Below are positions 50,201-64,000 of a DNA stretch of 64,000 nucleotides, piece after piece. This stretch comes from Azolla caroliniana (taxonomy: Eukaryota > Plantae > Polypodiophyta). The stretch lies in assembly GCA_043228905.1 (NCBI GenBank), contig JBHGNT010000005.1, forward strand, positions 22,692,001 to 22,756,000. Reading direction: 5' to 3'. How positions within the stretch are numbered: the first letter of the stretch is position 1; each line of letters opens with the position of its first letter. The notes beneath the pieces are model-generated. The model ran no database searches, was not told the origin of the DNA, and saw only the letters and a program-made list of their open reading frames with translations. A program made the position numbers and the translations under genes.

Positions 50201-53200
50201 TTGAGATGATGCCCTAGCATTAGCTAAGCTCATTACAATTTAAAAACAAATAACATTATATAAATTGCATATTATAACATATCAAAACCATTGAATTTGC
50301 CCTTCCAATTAAAAAATATTGGCACATTCTTAGTTCATATTTCCATTAATGCGATCTCTATGTGTTTCCCCACCACTTTCGAATGGATGGACATTGTGTT
50401 CAAGTTGAAGTGTGAATTCAAGATTGAGTGTAAAAAGAAGTTACAAAAGAGCTCAATTTCAATTGGTGTAAGGTGGAGAGGGCATGTGGGTTCCCTCGTC
50501 CAAAACCCAAGTGAGTGAAAGTAAAGACATCCTTAAAATCGTGAGTTGATACATCTTTGGAAACATATTGACATTAACTAAAGGTAAGATATATCATCAT
50601 GAACCCTCAATTTTCATCAATGTACATAATACCTATGTATGTGAAAACATATTGACATTCATCAAAATCAATATGCCATCATTAATGCTCAACTTTCTTC
50701 AATGTCTATTTTACTCTCTCCTTGAACTCTCTTTCTGCTACCCTGAGGTAAGTATTTCTTCATTTTCACCCATGTACTATTGCAATCTTGCTTTCCCTAG
50801 TATCATCACAAAAATTCCTCTATATTTAATGTGATACCACACGTCTTGTCGAATCTTCCGAAGAAGACATAAAGTGACGATAACGTATAAAGTCTTGTAT
50901 GGGTTGTAATGGAATTTCCTCCTCTATTATGTGTTGGTTCCCTATCTCTCATAATATGGAATAAAAACCAATGGTAACTTAGAGTTCTACTTGGATTGTA
51001 TTGTACTATTAGTTGAACCTTGCTCATTGGAACATCTCGTAAATCATTGTTATGATGTTGAAATTGTCAAGGAAAGTGGTAAAATGGTTAAGTTTTTATG
51101 TTCCAATCGAGAACAACTACTTGTGAAAACACTCAAGTGAAATTGATCTCATCCACAATCAAGTGTGACATAAATTGAGTCTAGATTTATGATTCATATA
51201 CATATTGATCACAAAATTGTGTATGTCTACTATCAATAAGGTATACTCAAAGTAACCAAAAGAGTGATTGTATTATTTAAAAACACTTACTAGTTTTTTA
51301 TGTTGAAGGCAAAGGTGTGCAAATTATATTGGGGTTATAGGTAAAGTATCAAAATATCATGAGGACTACATCAATACCAAGATGACAATCATACATGTAT
51401 TAAGGGTTAAGGATCAATGCATAGCCCCATGCATGAATCCTATAAATATTGCATGGCCTGAGTAGGAACAACAAAGTCCTTAATCACACTCAAAGGGACA
51501 TACTAAAAAATTGTATGTAGGTGGTGCTTTTTCAAATATCCAAACCTCCATAAAGAGCCAACATATGTGGAATTTAGTTATGAGTGATTTCAAAAGTGAT
51601 TTGGAAGCCTCCTAATATTGAAGGATAAAGTTGGGTTATCTACCAACATCTATGTACTTAATACATATATGATCCCAATTTCCCCAAACAAGAGCTTACT
51701 GTGATCTATGAATGCAGCTTGTTTTAAACTCTCACTAAAGTACCTCGTCCATGACGGAAGAGTGCTTGTGTCATAAACACATCTAGCTTCTCTCCCATTA
51801 TTGAAAATGTGGGGATTAAATCCACATCGAAATCCTAACTTTTTACACTCAAATGAATAGTAATAATCTAATTTGGACAATGTTTCTTTCGTTGTAACCT
51901 TGACGATTGTCTTAAGTGGAGAGAATTACCCATGTGAAGCTCTATTTGGTGCATATACTCTCTAGGGAACTTGAAACTTCATGCAAACTACCTTGGGATC
52001 ATCATGAAAGTTTTATGTATGAAAATGTTCAAATCCAAAGTTACTTTAGAACAATACGACCTTGGGAAGTGAAGGCCAATGATTCTATGAAGAGGGAGGG
52101 GAATGTGCTTTATAAAAAAGGAACCACTATTTCAAGGGGGCTCATAAATGAGTAGATTCTTAATCCAGAAGTTGAGGAGGAGAGTGTAGAAATCGAAATG
52201 ATTGTATGTCATTGAATGCCCTCATTAAGTAATTTTGTACAATAGCAAAGTGATCGAGCTTCTTTTCAAGAAAAGTGGTGTGAACCCTCACTCCATTGTT
52301 GCAAAGTATGTGACGACAACACCCGCCCAACATGTGGTACATCGGTTTGTCCACATGGATATTTTCATCATATAATGATTACTCCACAAGAATACACAAC
52401 AAGAGTGGAGCGCGATTTGAAAAACATACTACATATTTTCAACAAGAACAAACTTGAACAAATGTATAATGAGTATACCCATGTGTAGCATATAGACCTC
52501 ATTGGTCGGAGTGGACATATGACACATTGTTTGCAACAAGGAAGCAAAACACAATGTTTGCACTAAGGGTACTTATCATCAATCTTAATACATGGGACTC
52601 ACTCGGCAGTTGTGGTTTCCTCCAAGCCATTGATTAGCAAGTTGCTTCCTAGTAACGAGGGTTCATTTAAGGGAACATGAATGAAGATGGAGGTAGAGCG
52701 ACCAATCGTGAGCTTGGATGTTTTTTCTTTAGTGATATATGGTGAGGTTGCACTAATAGTAGAGAAAAAAAGGCCACTCGAGGTAGGGGGGAAACTAGAG
52801 AATGGTCCATGTTTTTATGTGTTGGCTTATGCCTAGCGCGAAGAGCCTCATTGTTGCTAGTAACACGGCCAATGGGCAGTAGAGAATGCCAGATATGATG
52901 ACCCCACTTGCTACACCCTGATCTTCTTGAGCTCCAACCACTAGAATCCTTCAATTGGGCAAGGTAAGTTGGCTTGATCGGAGATGGTGGCAGTAGAAAT
53001 ACCGCAACTCGAGCTGCCACAGGGATGGTGTGCACCAGTTGGGGTCAGGTGGAGAAGTAAGACTAGATTTTCTTGAATCTAGCAAGCTGATCATGGGATT
53101 TGGGCAACAAAATTGCAGTTGCTTTCAGATAAGGCACACCACGGTGCGGGTGTCTGACATTGGCACAACCACATCTACCCATTTGTAGATATGGTAACTA

Positions 53201-56200
53201 GGATTTTAATGGGGAGCTAGGCCATAGTTTGTGACCAAGGAGGAAGTGACAAGACCAACCCACCATCTCTTGTCATTGGTCATTGGGCAACCCAACCAAC
53301 ACACTATCAAAAGCATTTGATGTGGTGGACCATGGGGAAGTGTAATTCCCTTTCTTTCTTTCTTTTTGTTTTGAAGCCTTATCCAATCAACTCGTTCGTG
53401 AATCTATGTAACGGGTAAGTGTTCGTGTATGTGCACATGCATTAGCATTGTTCCTTTTGAAACAATCTTCATCCCAAGTATTGTTCTCTCTTCAATATTT
53501 TTCAACAAAGTTCTTGCAAGTTGTAAATTGTACAATGTGTGTAGATGTTTTGTTCCTCTTTCTCTCTTCTAGGGATGTGTGACCACTCCCATTTAGCTTC
53601 CACTAGTCTACACGATAATCCACTATGCTTGCTCTCTCACCACATTGTAGTGTACCAAAAGTACTCCTTGTCCATATGCCAAATCCCATGCACTTGTTGT
53701 GCTTATGCCCAATTAGTAACCACAAGCTTTTAGTCAACAATGGAAAGTTTGTGGCATCACATTCTAAACCGTGTGGATGGCCTATGCAATCTAAAACTTT
53801 TCAATACTATAGATTGTAGTTTAGGTAAATGCCATATGTTACTTGCCAATCCTCAATACCTCTCTTGCAATGCTTACCAACTACCAAGTGTGAGTTTGGA
53901 GTTCTTGATGAGCATTTTTATGTCGATGATAAATAAGTTAACGACCAAAATAGATTTCATTATTCGTGATCAATATGCCTTTCACCTCTACCAATTGTCC
54001 TGTAAAAGACAAACATGGCATACGTATTTACCTGGTCTCAATATTTTCTATCAAATCCATTTACTTCTATGCACATCATTGATGACACATTTACATTCTT
54101 GGGAGACTCAATTGATGAAATCCATAGAGATAAAAAAGGTAAGTGAAACATTCTATGTTACACATTTTCTTTCCTTCGTCACTAAATGAAACTTTTTGAA
54201 TTTATTGGTTGTTATGTTCCATCCTTACTTTTGCTATTCTTTAGTGATTCTCGAACTTGGGTATTCACACTATTTATCGACATTCCAAAGAGAGTATGCA
54301 AGTTCTATTCATGGAAATAGAAGGGTAAATTTGATATGGTGTCTTATCTAGTTAGACATTTGTCTTCACAAATAAATGAGAATTTTGAATTTATTACATT
54401 CTTAAGTTGTGTATTCAACTTCGGGAACTACTTTTTGACATTAAGAGACATTGAGAGCATACAATGGCTCTTGTAAAAGTTAGATTATTAACTGAACTTA
54501 TTAGATCCCTGAATGGGGGACATGGGGGAGATGTAGAGAGAGAGAGAGAGAGAGAGTCTAATTGGTTAAGATATGAGCTTAGTAGGTACCCAAAGTTCAT
54601 GACTTCAATACTTGCCACGGGAAACATATTGTGTTGGTGTGTGAATTTAGATGGGAATGCAACTTGTTTCCTTTCCAACACCAACACACTATAAAATGAT
54701 GGGCTATGACTTCAACATTCATCTTATATGTACCTTTGAATGATTAAAGTTCAGACCTAATATAGTTACATCTACAATCACACCTGCAATAATGGGCATG
54801 AGACAAGTGATCAAGGAGTATCAGAGTTGACATCCAAAGCTACATGATATTCACCAACCTCAATCATAAGTTGGGTTGTGTTGCATGCATATTGTTCCGA
54901 AATCCTATTAATGTTTAATTCACTATATTTAACACTAATGTTTAATCATTTCAATGAGTATTGGAAGATTAACCTTGATGACTACTTAATATTAAATTTT
55001 CACATATCAAGGATGTAGATAAAGAGTTCATATAAACTACAACAACTTTTTGTTACTCATTAAAATGTTGGCATCAAAAACAAATTTATTATAGAATGTC
55101 CATGTGTTCTTTGCTTTGTTGTATGGGGTTGCAAATATCTACAATCTTGTAGATTTCCTACTCTTAAATGCTAAAGATATATTGCTCATGAAATGTCTAG
55201 TTGAAAGGCCAAGAATCGATGGTGCAACCATTCAATGTATTGACATTCCTTTCTATAAAAATCTACAACATGTCAACGCCTTTGTAATAATTAGATTTTG
55301 GTTGTGATTAATTACCGTCATTTTAATGAGTTGTACATGCCTCAAAGAAGAGGCTCTTCGTCCTTTCACGCCTGACATCAGAGAATGGCATTCATTTGAT
55401 CATGCTTTATAGCCATTTGTCAACCAAGTTCTTATGCACTTTTTTCCCTTTACAAAGAGATTCTTTAAAGAAACACTTAACATAGTGTCGCTTGCAAACC
55501 TTCTTTACCATTATTCATCAAATTGGAAACTTTATTTACATGTGCATTTTGTGTTGACATCGAACATGTTATAATTGTCCTCAAATAATTCACACCCAGG
55601 CAAGTCTTGGCAAAATTCAAATACAACAACATGAGATTTTACGAGAAAACACAATGCAATGTTCGACCACTGTTATTCTTCTTGAATGTTAAATGAAGTT
55701 ACTTAACAAATAGATTCATGTGAGTTGGAAGGTCAAATTAATTATTTGTATCAGAAACACAAATGATCAATATATTAGAATCAAGGATGTTAATTTTCCA
55801 TATAAAATAATGCACACTAATTTTATAGGATCAAAGTATGTTGCTCTATGAGTTTAGCGTTTAACATAAACTTTTCAAATGAGAATAGATTGTGTCTTAG
55901 AGGGACAATGGTGTGATAGAAATGACATGAACTACATTGCACTTGGTGTGACAAAAATGACATCAATTGATAAGATGTCATTTTGTGTTCATTGCTTCGA
56001 GACATTATACTTGTTGCATGGCGATAAGTAATTGATACATCAAAATACTTGCAAAGATAAGGATTGGAATTATGAAGGATGCACATCACATAGAAGTTTA
56101 TTGCTTCCTTGAGTAAATATTTTGTACATTACTTTCGTGGGTAAGTTCATTATGTTCACATTTTTTTATGGACTCTTTAACTTTTTTGGATTCTTACTCT

Positions 56201-58314
56201 TCACTCATCGAGTGTTGTAGACTTTTCACCCTACACTCAATTGCTCATGGCCAAAAACGGTAATGAGAATGGTAGCCCGAAGTTTGTGATAATTATGCAC
56301 ACGGGCTAGTAAACTCTAGAGAGTCAAGGGGTCTATTGAAGCCTACCAACATTAGGAGTAAAAATGGATCTCCAACCATAGGGTATGACCTAGCTAAACA
56401 AAGTCATGGCTATAAATTTTGGTAATCACATGTAAACATGATATATATCGAAGGTTTGGGTGGAAATTTAGGGTCATTTCTCCTTTCAATTGAGCTACAA
56501 ATGGACGCATAGAGACAAAGTGTGGGAGACAAAATAACATTCGAGGTATATTGTTGGGATGAACAAAATAACACATGTCATCAACTCGATCTTGAGTTTT
56601 GATTGTTGATGTGGACTAGTGTTGGATCAACTTGAAAATCCTAGTAGTACGACAAAGGATCACTTAGTGCTACGATAATACATAATGCCAATCTACATGA
56701 TAAAGATAGTAGATAAAGTTTAACATTTAGGGGATCTTTTATGTTTCATAGTCAAGTCAACATGTTAGGTGAAACAAGAATTGCTACGGTTCAAGTTTAT
56801 ATATGTTTGTTGAGGTTCATGAAAAATTAGCCTCCTATGGATAATGGGTTGGTTGTAGTATGGTTAATAGAGAACTTGTCATTGTACTACATTGTCTTAC
56901 ATGTTCTTGAGGGTTAGGCCCTCTTTAGCTACCCATTTTTACCCACGCAATACGTTACTATTATTTCCTATTGAGTATTGTGTATATTATAATTGGCATC
57001 AATGCAAACCCCCATAAACTTGCTCAAGAACAATCGTTGTTTTCCATTCATTGTGAAACCAATTATCATTGTCATACTACATAATCTTCATATTTGTCAA
57101 TGTCCAACAACTTAGATTGTTGGTAGCTATATTTAGAATTTTGAGCTGATATGATTGGTTAATGGGTTTGTTCTACACCATATATCTACATAAATGTTAT
57201 TGTTTCTCGATATGTATAAACCAACAGTAGAACAAGTTGGCATTAACATTTAAGGTTAAATTTCTCAATTAAGTTTTAGTCTTCGATATTTGTCTACCCC
57301 CCCCCCCCCCCTCTAAACAAACACATACACACATTCTCTCTTTTGTGGATTATAAAAATTCTATTCTATTTCGTTGCTCTTTGGTGGAAACACACAATTA
57401 TATTAATAAATGTGTGTGAAAAACACTACGATTATACCACAAATGAGCGGCGTCACCACTACATAGGTAGTGAGACGTGTTATATTGCCAATAGCCAAGA
57501 CAAACACTCCATCGAGGAAAGACCTTTTGCTTGCCCCAATAAACAAAGTGCCCCAACTTTCATAGGTATGCTCTAACTCCATGCTTACCATCAAATACAA
57601 AACCATTGTGCATATTAATCCCAATTATGACACCCAATCACACACACGCACATCATTTAAGACTCATGTCAACCAAAAACCTTAGTCATGTCCACTTTTT
57701 GCTGATTGATTGCTCAAGAATGTGCTCCAACTTGCTAGCTCTTGATCAAAGCCTCTCCAACACTCCCACCCACTCCAATCACCAACATGAATGTAAAGAA
57801 AACATGGATGAATTGGATGATAATGACACAAAAATGATGCAACAATGAATACACGTTAATGATGAATCATCCATACACATGCATGATACAGACGAGTTTC
57901 TAGGTTGACATGGGCAATGCTATGCTTGTAGTAACGATGGAGATGATATGGTCCACACAACATGGGACATGGACAAGAGTTTTAACATGGGCTTGCAAGT
58001 GAATGATGCAATCAGGTGGATAACAATGATGGGGAACGCCCGAAGCATAGCGCAAAACACATGTTTTAACTTATATGGAGACTAGAAGTCAAACATGGGT
58101 GATGATGTGTGCGCAGAGGTAAGAAAGATAGATCATGAATGGATTGGGTGGGAGGAAAGATCCTTTTTCTAGTTTTGTTTTTATCTACTAATATATACGA
58201 GCCAATGAATGATGCATGATGTGAGTTGTGGACTACTCACAACTTGCTCAAAAGGGAAGGGGGGAGGGGGGAGTTGATGAGCTAGTGGGTGGAAGGGAGT
58301 AGTAGTAAAGAACA

Positions 58315-58348
<34 letters not shown>

Positions 58349-58569
58349 GTAGTTGGAATATGTATGGTGGTGGGGTTGGTTTAGGTGTGGAGAAAATGTA
58401 TGTGTGTGTGTGAAAAGGGACGGACCACTGACTTTGTCATTAATGGCTTGATAGCTCCATTGTCTGGAGAAAGGAGGACACGCCTAGTGGCCATGGTTAG
58501 GGAAGGAGGGGGACAAAAGACTCATCTCCCCTCACATACAACTTGCACTCTACGATGCACGCATACATC

Positions 58570-58655
58570 CATGCATGCATGCATGGCATGGCATGGCATG
58601 TATGTATGAGACCATGACTGCTGCTTCTAGAGTCTACTACCACTATATATATATA
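58570..58655 (+). promoter_or_regulatory. RY (CATGCA)-repeat cluster and TATA-like tract upstream of the expansin
   Basis: CATGCATGCATGCATGGCATGGCATGGCATG at 58570-58600 and a (TA)n tract at about 58644-58655, roughly 140-225 bp before the ATG. Confidence 0.45.
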
Positions 58656-58795
58656 GCACACACATACATACATGTGTGCATTGAAATGCTGCTCCGATCG
58701 TATATGTACATAATAAGATCATCTATCATCCTTTCATACTCATAATTATTAAGAAGTGTTGGAAGCGGTCTTCTTCTATTTCAACAAAAATCATC

Positions 58796-59572
58796 ATGCT
58801 CCTCCCTCCGTTCCTCTTCCTCTTGCTGCTGCTCTTCTCTTCCGCCTCCGCCGCCCCGCCTCCCCCAGCCTCCCCTCCCCACCACTGGAGCTCTGCCCAC
58901 GCCACTTTCTATGGCGGCAGCGACGCATCCGGCACCATGGGCGGCGCCTGCGGCTATGGCAACCTCTACTCCTCCGGCTATGGCACCGACACCGCCGCCC
59001 TTAGCACCGCCATCTTCAACGCCGGCCTCAGCTGCGGCGCCTGCTTCGAGATCAAATGCGACGCCGCCACCGACCCCAAATGGTGCGTTGGCGGCGCCTC
59101 CGCCAGCGTGGTGGTCACCGCCACCAACTTCTGCCCGCCCAACCCCGCCCAATCCAGCGACGCCGGCGGCTGGTGCAACCCTCCGCGGGAGCACTTCGAC
59201 ATGGCGCAGCCGGCGTTCGAGAAGATCGGGGTGTACAGCGGCGGCATCGTGCCGGTGGTCTACCGCCGCGTGGCCTGCGCCAAGAAGGGCGGCATCCGCT
59301 TCACCGTCAACGGCCACTCCTACTTCAACCTGGTGCTCGTCACCAACGTGGGCGGCGCGGGAGACGTGGCGGCGGTGTCCGTCAAGGGCTCCCGGACGGG
59401 GTGGATGGCCATGAGCCGGAACTGGGGCCAGAACTGGCAGAGCAACGGGCGGCTGGACGGACAGAGCCTGTCGTTCGCGGTGACCACCAGCGACGGCCGG
59501 ACGCTGACGTCCTACGCCGTGGCGCCGGCCGGCTGGAGCTTCGGCCAGACCTTCGAGGGCGACCAATTCTGA
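58796..59572 (+). CDS. EXPA: Alpha-expansin, intronless, 258 aa with signal peptide
   Basis: Hydrophobic N-terminus. Motifs [97 protein letters not shown]. Confidence 0.98.
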   Translation: MLLPPFLFLLLLLFSSASAAPPPPASPPHHWSSAHATFYGGSDASGTMGGACGYGNLYSSGYGTDTAALSTAIFNAGLSCGACFEIKCDAATDPKWCVGGASASVVVTATNFCPPNPAQSSDAGGWCNPPREHFDMAQPAFEKIGVYSGGIVPVVYRRVACAKKGGIRFTVNGHSYFNLVLVTNVGGAGDVAAVSVKGSRTGWMAMSRNWGQNWQSNGRLDGQSLSFAVTTSDGRTLTSYAVAPAGWSFGQTFEGDQF

Positions 59573-61809
59573 GTCTTAGCTTTTTTGAAAACAAACAAAA
59601 GAAAAAAAAAAAGGATCGGACTCCCCCCTCGATTCCACAAAATTCGATTTCATTAATGTCGGTTAATTACCCCTTTCATTAACCTGCATTAGTTGAGCTG
59701 ATTATATAACACCCAACAGTTTTTATTGTAGAGTAATGAGGCTGGCCGTGTAATTATATTTTAATAGATTGGAAGCAATGAACTGAAACGAATGAATGAA
59801 TGGATTCAATTTGCAAAGCCTCCCTTTTTTTATTTCTTCTTTAACACAGGAAAAAAGAAGCATATACATCTATAAACATCGGAAGGATTAACACTTTGGG
59901 CTGCCACATTACTCTCTAAATACTTTGTAAACGGAAAACAAACGGACCCAAATCTAGAACACTATTAATTTTTATATTAAATCGCTCCCTCAACATCGTG
60001 CGTGGTGGTGCATTTCTATGATCCATTATTAAAAAAGCAAAGAAAAAACATCCCCATCCACACACACACACACATGCATGCATGCTCTTCTATTTGGCTG
60101 GTAGCAAATGAGGGATGCATGTGGAATTGTGGGTCATACAAAGCAAACGAGCTTCAATGTTGGGCCGTTTGCAACATGGGTCATGCATAGCAAACAAGTC
60201 CAAGGCCCGATATTGGGTCAAGGAACTATGGGCCGTCACCAAAGAAGACAAGGCTCAAGGATATGGGTTGTAGTAAACATTGGGCCTCCCAACTTATTGG
60301 TCATGTACAATTTTGGTTATGGAGTTCTGGGTCACAAATAGTAAACGAGGGTCGTTGTTATTGAGTATGGAAGTGTCGGGTTATAACGAACCATGATCGT
60401 ATGCCAGTGAAGTATTATTACTCGGTAATTCGAGAAGTAAATACATCTAGGAGTTTTGGTTCATAACAAACAGGGTTCATTAATAATGCGATATCACTAG
60501 GTAATCTGTAAGGAAATTTGTTTTATATAGAAATGTCACTAAAACTAAAATTGAAGGGCATCAATATGTGCACCTTACTCATGTTACTTACTACCTCCAC
60601 CTCCCTTACCTTGACATTGCCTCCAACATAATTATATATAGGTCAATATTACTACGTAGGTTGTAACTCTAATGTCACTCTCCTTGTTTTAAACCTCCCA
60701 CTACATATGATAATAATAAAATCTTAAATATGTATTGGGCAAAATGGAATTACCACTCGGATTTAGTATTTCTTGTCATACGGCAAGGCCCATTAATCGA
60801 CACTAACGAAGGGGGATGCAATTAGAATAATGTTGGTTAGCTGCATATGTTTCACAACATTCCTCATGAATCTTTGTGCACAAACAATTTAGTCAAACAA
60901 TTTTGATTACTATCAAGAAACAATGAATTGAGGCAAAATCCAACAAAAGGATCGCCTTTGTTTCCTGATGATAAAGTGGTGTTTGTCGCTAGCTATGTCC
61001 TTTTGAATAATTGCCCTCTTTCTCCAAACCTACCAACCCTAAACTCAACACGTCATCATTCTAAGAAGGCTGATATATTCAACAACTAGTGATGAGAACT
61101 TTTTTTAAATATGTTATATATATATACACATATGTTGTATTAAATGTTTCATGTAAGAGTATGTTGTAAAGTGTGAGCAATGCCTAGATTAAAATTGATA
61201 TGCAAATTTAGCTTTGAATATTCAATAGATTTTCATACAATGCGAAGGAAGACAAACATATGTCTAACCATTCTCTCGGTCTGTTGCAAAACGCATGACA
61301 CATGTACATATGTGATATGATATATTAAAAGCTATGACGATTTTAAATCACCATGTGACATGTTTCCAATTGTTTTAGCAACTTACACTTTATAAGTATT
61401 TCATGCACAAAGCGCTCAGGAAAAGGTGCCATATCAATCTTTGATTTAACCAATGTACTTATTGTGGCTCTCAATGGAGACTTATAAAATGAGAACCCAT
61501 TCCACATACTCAAGTGTACCAAAGACCCCCGTTATGAAGGCAGTCAAACATTGGCCTATACAATGGGGGAAGCTGGTAAAGGTTTAGCCTCTCTATGCGA
61601 GATTACAATGAATCAATGACAAAATTTCCATGGCTAAGAATGCCCAAAGTTCAATCCAAATGGCTACACGCACAAATTTCCCTAAAAAACAATCTATGCA
61701 TGGCATCCTCCTTAATCGTCGTACAACGGGGAAAACATTGCATTTGAAACATGTCAATGGTTCAGAAGTCTCCAACATAGGTAAGTTCCCCCAACGTTGT
61801 TACCATAGA

Positions 61810-62186
61810 TGCATTCACATGGCACGAGAGAGAAGATTGTCACTGTGGTGTGTCATGACACTAGACACTGCCATTGTCTGCATATGGGGAGTGTGCCATG
61901 CAAAGCGACAACTTCGCCACTAGTTGAGAGGCATGCATGGTGACATTGGAACCAAAACATATGGTCAATGGGGGTGTGTTGGGTAGGCCGTTTTTTAGCA
62001 AATGATCCAGATGTGAATGCAACATTGCTTGGCAAAGAAATGCATTCACATGGCACAAAGGCAGAAGAGTGTCACGATAGTGGGCACTGCCATTGTATGC
62101 ATATGGGGAGTGTGGGCATGCAGAGCGACAACTTTGCTGCGCCACCGAATGAGAGGCATGCATTGTGACGTCTGAACCGAAACATA
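61810..62186. repeat. Diverged direct repeat of about 150 bp, copies at about 61810 and 62040
   Basis: TGCATTCACATGGCAC...CACTGCCATTGT.TGCATATGGGGAGTGTG..ATGCA.AGCGACAACTT..GAGAGGCATGCAT is seen twice. Confidence 0.8.
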
Positions 62187-62509
62187 CAATTCACGGAGAG
62201 ACGGTACAACCGTGGGGTGGATATGACTCGGACACTAGGAACGAGATGAGGTCTAGTGTGGGTGGACACAAGAAAATAAAAATAAATGAATAATTAGAGG
62301 TAGGGAGAAGATCAATTATCGTATAAATAATAAGAAGCCACCAAAGAAATAAATAAAATTAAAGAAATAGATAGATAGATAAATAAATAAAACTAAAAAG
62401 ATGGATAATAAATAAATAAAGTAATGATAAGTTTTAGCAAAAGAGATAGATAAATAAAGAAAATATTAAATAGATAAATAAAAGAAGAAGAGAGACTCTG
62501 AGATAGATA

Positions 62510-62547
<38 letters not shown>

Positions 62548-62607
62548 AGAAGACCACTCTGCGTTTCTGAGACATCGCCATGCCTGTGAAACCCTAGCCA
62601 TATTTTT

Positions 62608-63531
62608 ATGAAGATGAAGCACAGGAGAGGTGAAGAGCTAAGTCGTGATGATGAATATATTGGTAAGATTAATGGAGTGATCGCAGAAGATATTGATCAC
62701 GAGACCGACATGGCTGATGAAGATCTTGACACGGAAAGGATTGCTGGAGTTCCCGATGATCGCAGCTCCCATGATGAATTTGGCAAGGACAGGAAAGGTA
62801 ATATCGAGAATCTTGATCTTAAGGCCAAGATTCATATATCTGGTGAAGATTCCCACGGGGAATTGGAAGAAATACTTGACAAGGCTGACAGTATGGCCAA
62901 AATTTACAGCTTTGGTGAATACCTTTACAAGGAAAGGAATGGAAAGGTTGAAAATGTTGATCAGAATGCCAAGATTCACAGCTTCGAGGAAGAGTTGGAG
63001 AAGAAAAGGCAAGGAATGGTTGAAGATGTAAATCACAAAGATAAGGACGACAATTCCAATGAAGGTCTTCACAATTCAAGGATTCAGAGCTCTGATAAAG
63101 AAGATCTTTACAAACAGAGGAAAGGAAAGATTGGGGACGTTGATTGTAAGACTAAACTTCAATATTCTAGTGAAAAAGTTATTCTTGAGGAGAGAAATTT
63201 AGGAAAGCTTCAACATGGTGATCACAAAGGCAAGATTCAAAGTTCTGATGAAGACTTTTATAAGGGAACGGCAGGGAAGCTTGAAGATGTCGATTATAAG
63301 ACCAAGGATCACAGTTGTGATGAAGATCTTGTAACGAAACGTGTTTCCTTGCTGTTGAAACATGCAAAAGCGCTGCAAACTGCTGGTTCTGCCCTCAGTT
63401 CTCGCCTTAGAGTTGAAGAACAAAATCTGAGCCAACAAGCTGTTTCTTTGGAGAAAGAAATGAAGATTGTCAAATCAGATGTAACCTCTGCCCTGGAGAT
63501 GGGCAAAATCAGCCTTCAGCTCGCTGAAAAG
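62608..63531 (+). CDS. First exon of a TMEM120/TMPIT-like membrane protein with a repetitive N-terminal extension; the gene continues beyond the window
   Basis: The last ~70 aa (VSLLLKHAKALQTAGSALSSRLRVEEQNLSQQAVSLE...LAEK) resemble the N-terminal coiled coil of plant TMEM120 homologs (..EQAKELQ.S...ISR...EE.SLRQRA.SLD...L.EK/LEE). The exon ends at AAG|GT (63531/63532). Confidence 0.6.
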
Positions 63532-64000
63532 GTATAGCTCATCACATTTTGTTTAAATTTCAGCATTTTAGCTGTGTTTTTGCAAATTTTTTCTCTAATA
63601 ACCTGTTTTCATGCATGACATACTAGGAAATTATGAGAAAATACAACAAATTTTGTAGGATTTTAATAGAGAAGTTATGTACTTCTGCTGAATTTTACAC
63701 CTGAAAATCCATTTATGTCTTTGAAACTCTTTTTTATTCGTAAGGAACAATTCTTGCACTAATCGATTTAGTTTCCTTGTTTCTATGCATGAAATCAAAC
63801 GACATGATGAGAAACATACCTCTGCATTAATTGGATTTTGATAGAAAGGTTATATATTTCTGATAGATTTTTCCTTCTTTATATCATTGAAATTCTTTTC
63901 AATCCAGGTTTCAGCAGTGAGCGGGGATTTTTTCTTTATCAATCATCTGAGTTGCCTTTGTTCATGCATGGAATTGAGAAAGTACCATACATTTATATGA

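Noticed and set aside
51500-55600. Degraded DNA-transposon (hAT-like) transposase remnants
   Set aside because: Only faint motif echoes are visible, with no ORF, TIR or TSD that I can support without a profile search.
58781-59682. Long overlapping or antisense ORFs over the expansin (261 aa, 208 aa, 167 aa)
   Set aside because: These are by-products of very high GC3 (few stop codons) and show no recognisable domains.

Overview
Eukaryotic land-plant nuclear DNA, probably a fern or other seed-free plant. This is inferred from the PLS-class PPR style, the AAC4-like gene and the LINE types; the species cannot be determined from the window. Host genes: a 5-exon pectate lyase-like gene, a 4-exon AAC4-like gene, an intronless PLS-E PPR gene, an intronless GC-rich alpha-expansin, the first exon of a TMEM120/TMPIT-like gene with a repetitive N-terminal extension, and a possible first exon of a minus-strand gene. 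Positions 17864-39913 are a fully resolvable nest of four Ty1/copia LTR retrotransposons: A contains B, and B's 3' LTR contains both C and D. All LTRs, PBS, PPT and 5-bp TSDs are visible. The most striking feature is at 46968-49257: a full-length U6 snRNA copy fused directly to a 5'-truncated L1-type LINE. The unit ends in an A-rich tail and is flanked by a perfect 15-bp TSD, so it is a U6/LINE chimeric retrocopy, a class best known from mammals. Coordinates were counted by hand and family assignments come from motif recognition, not database searches.
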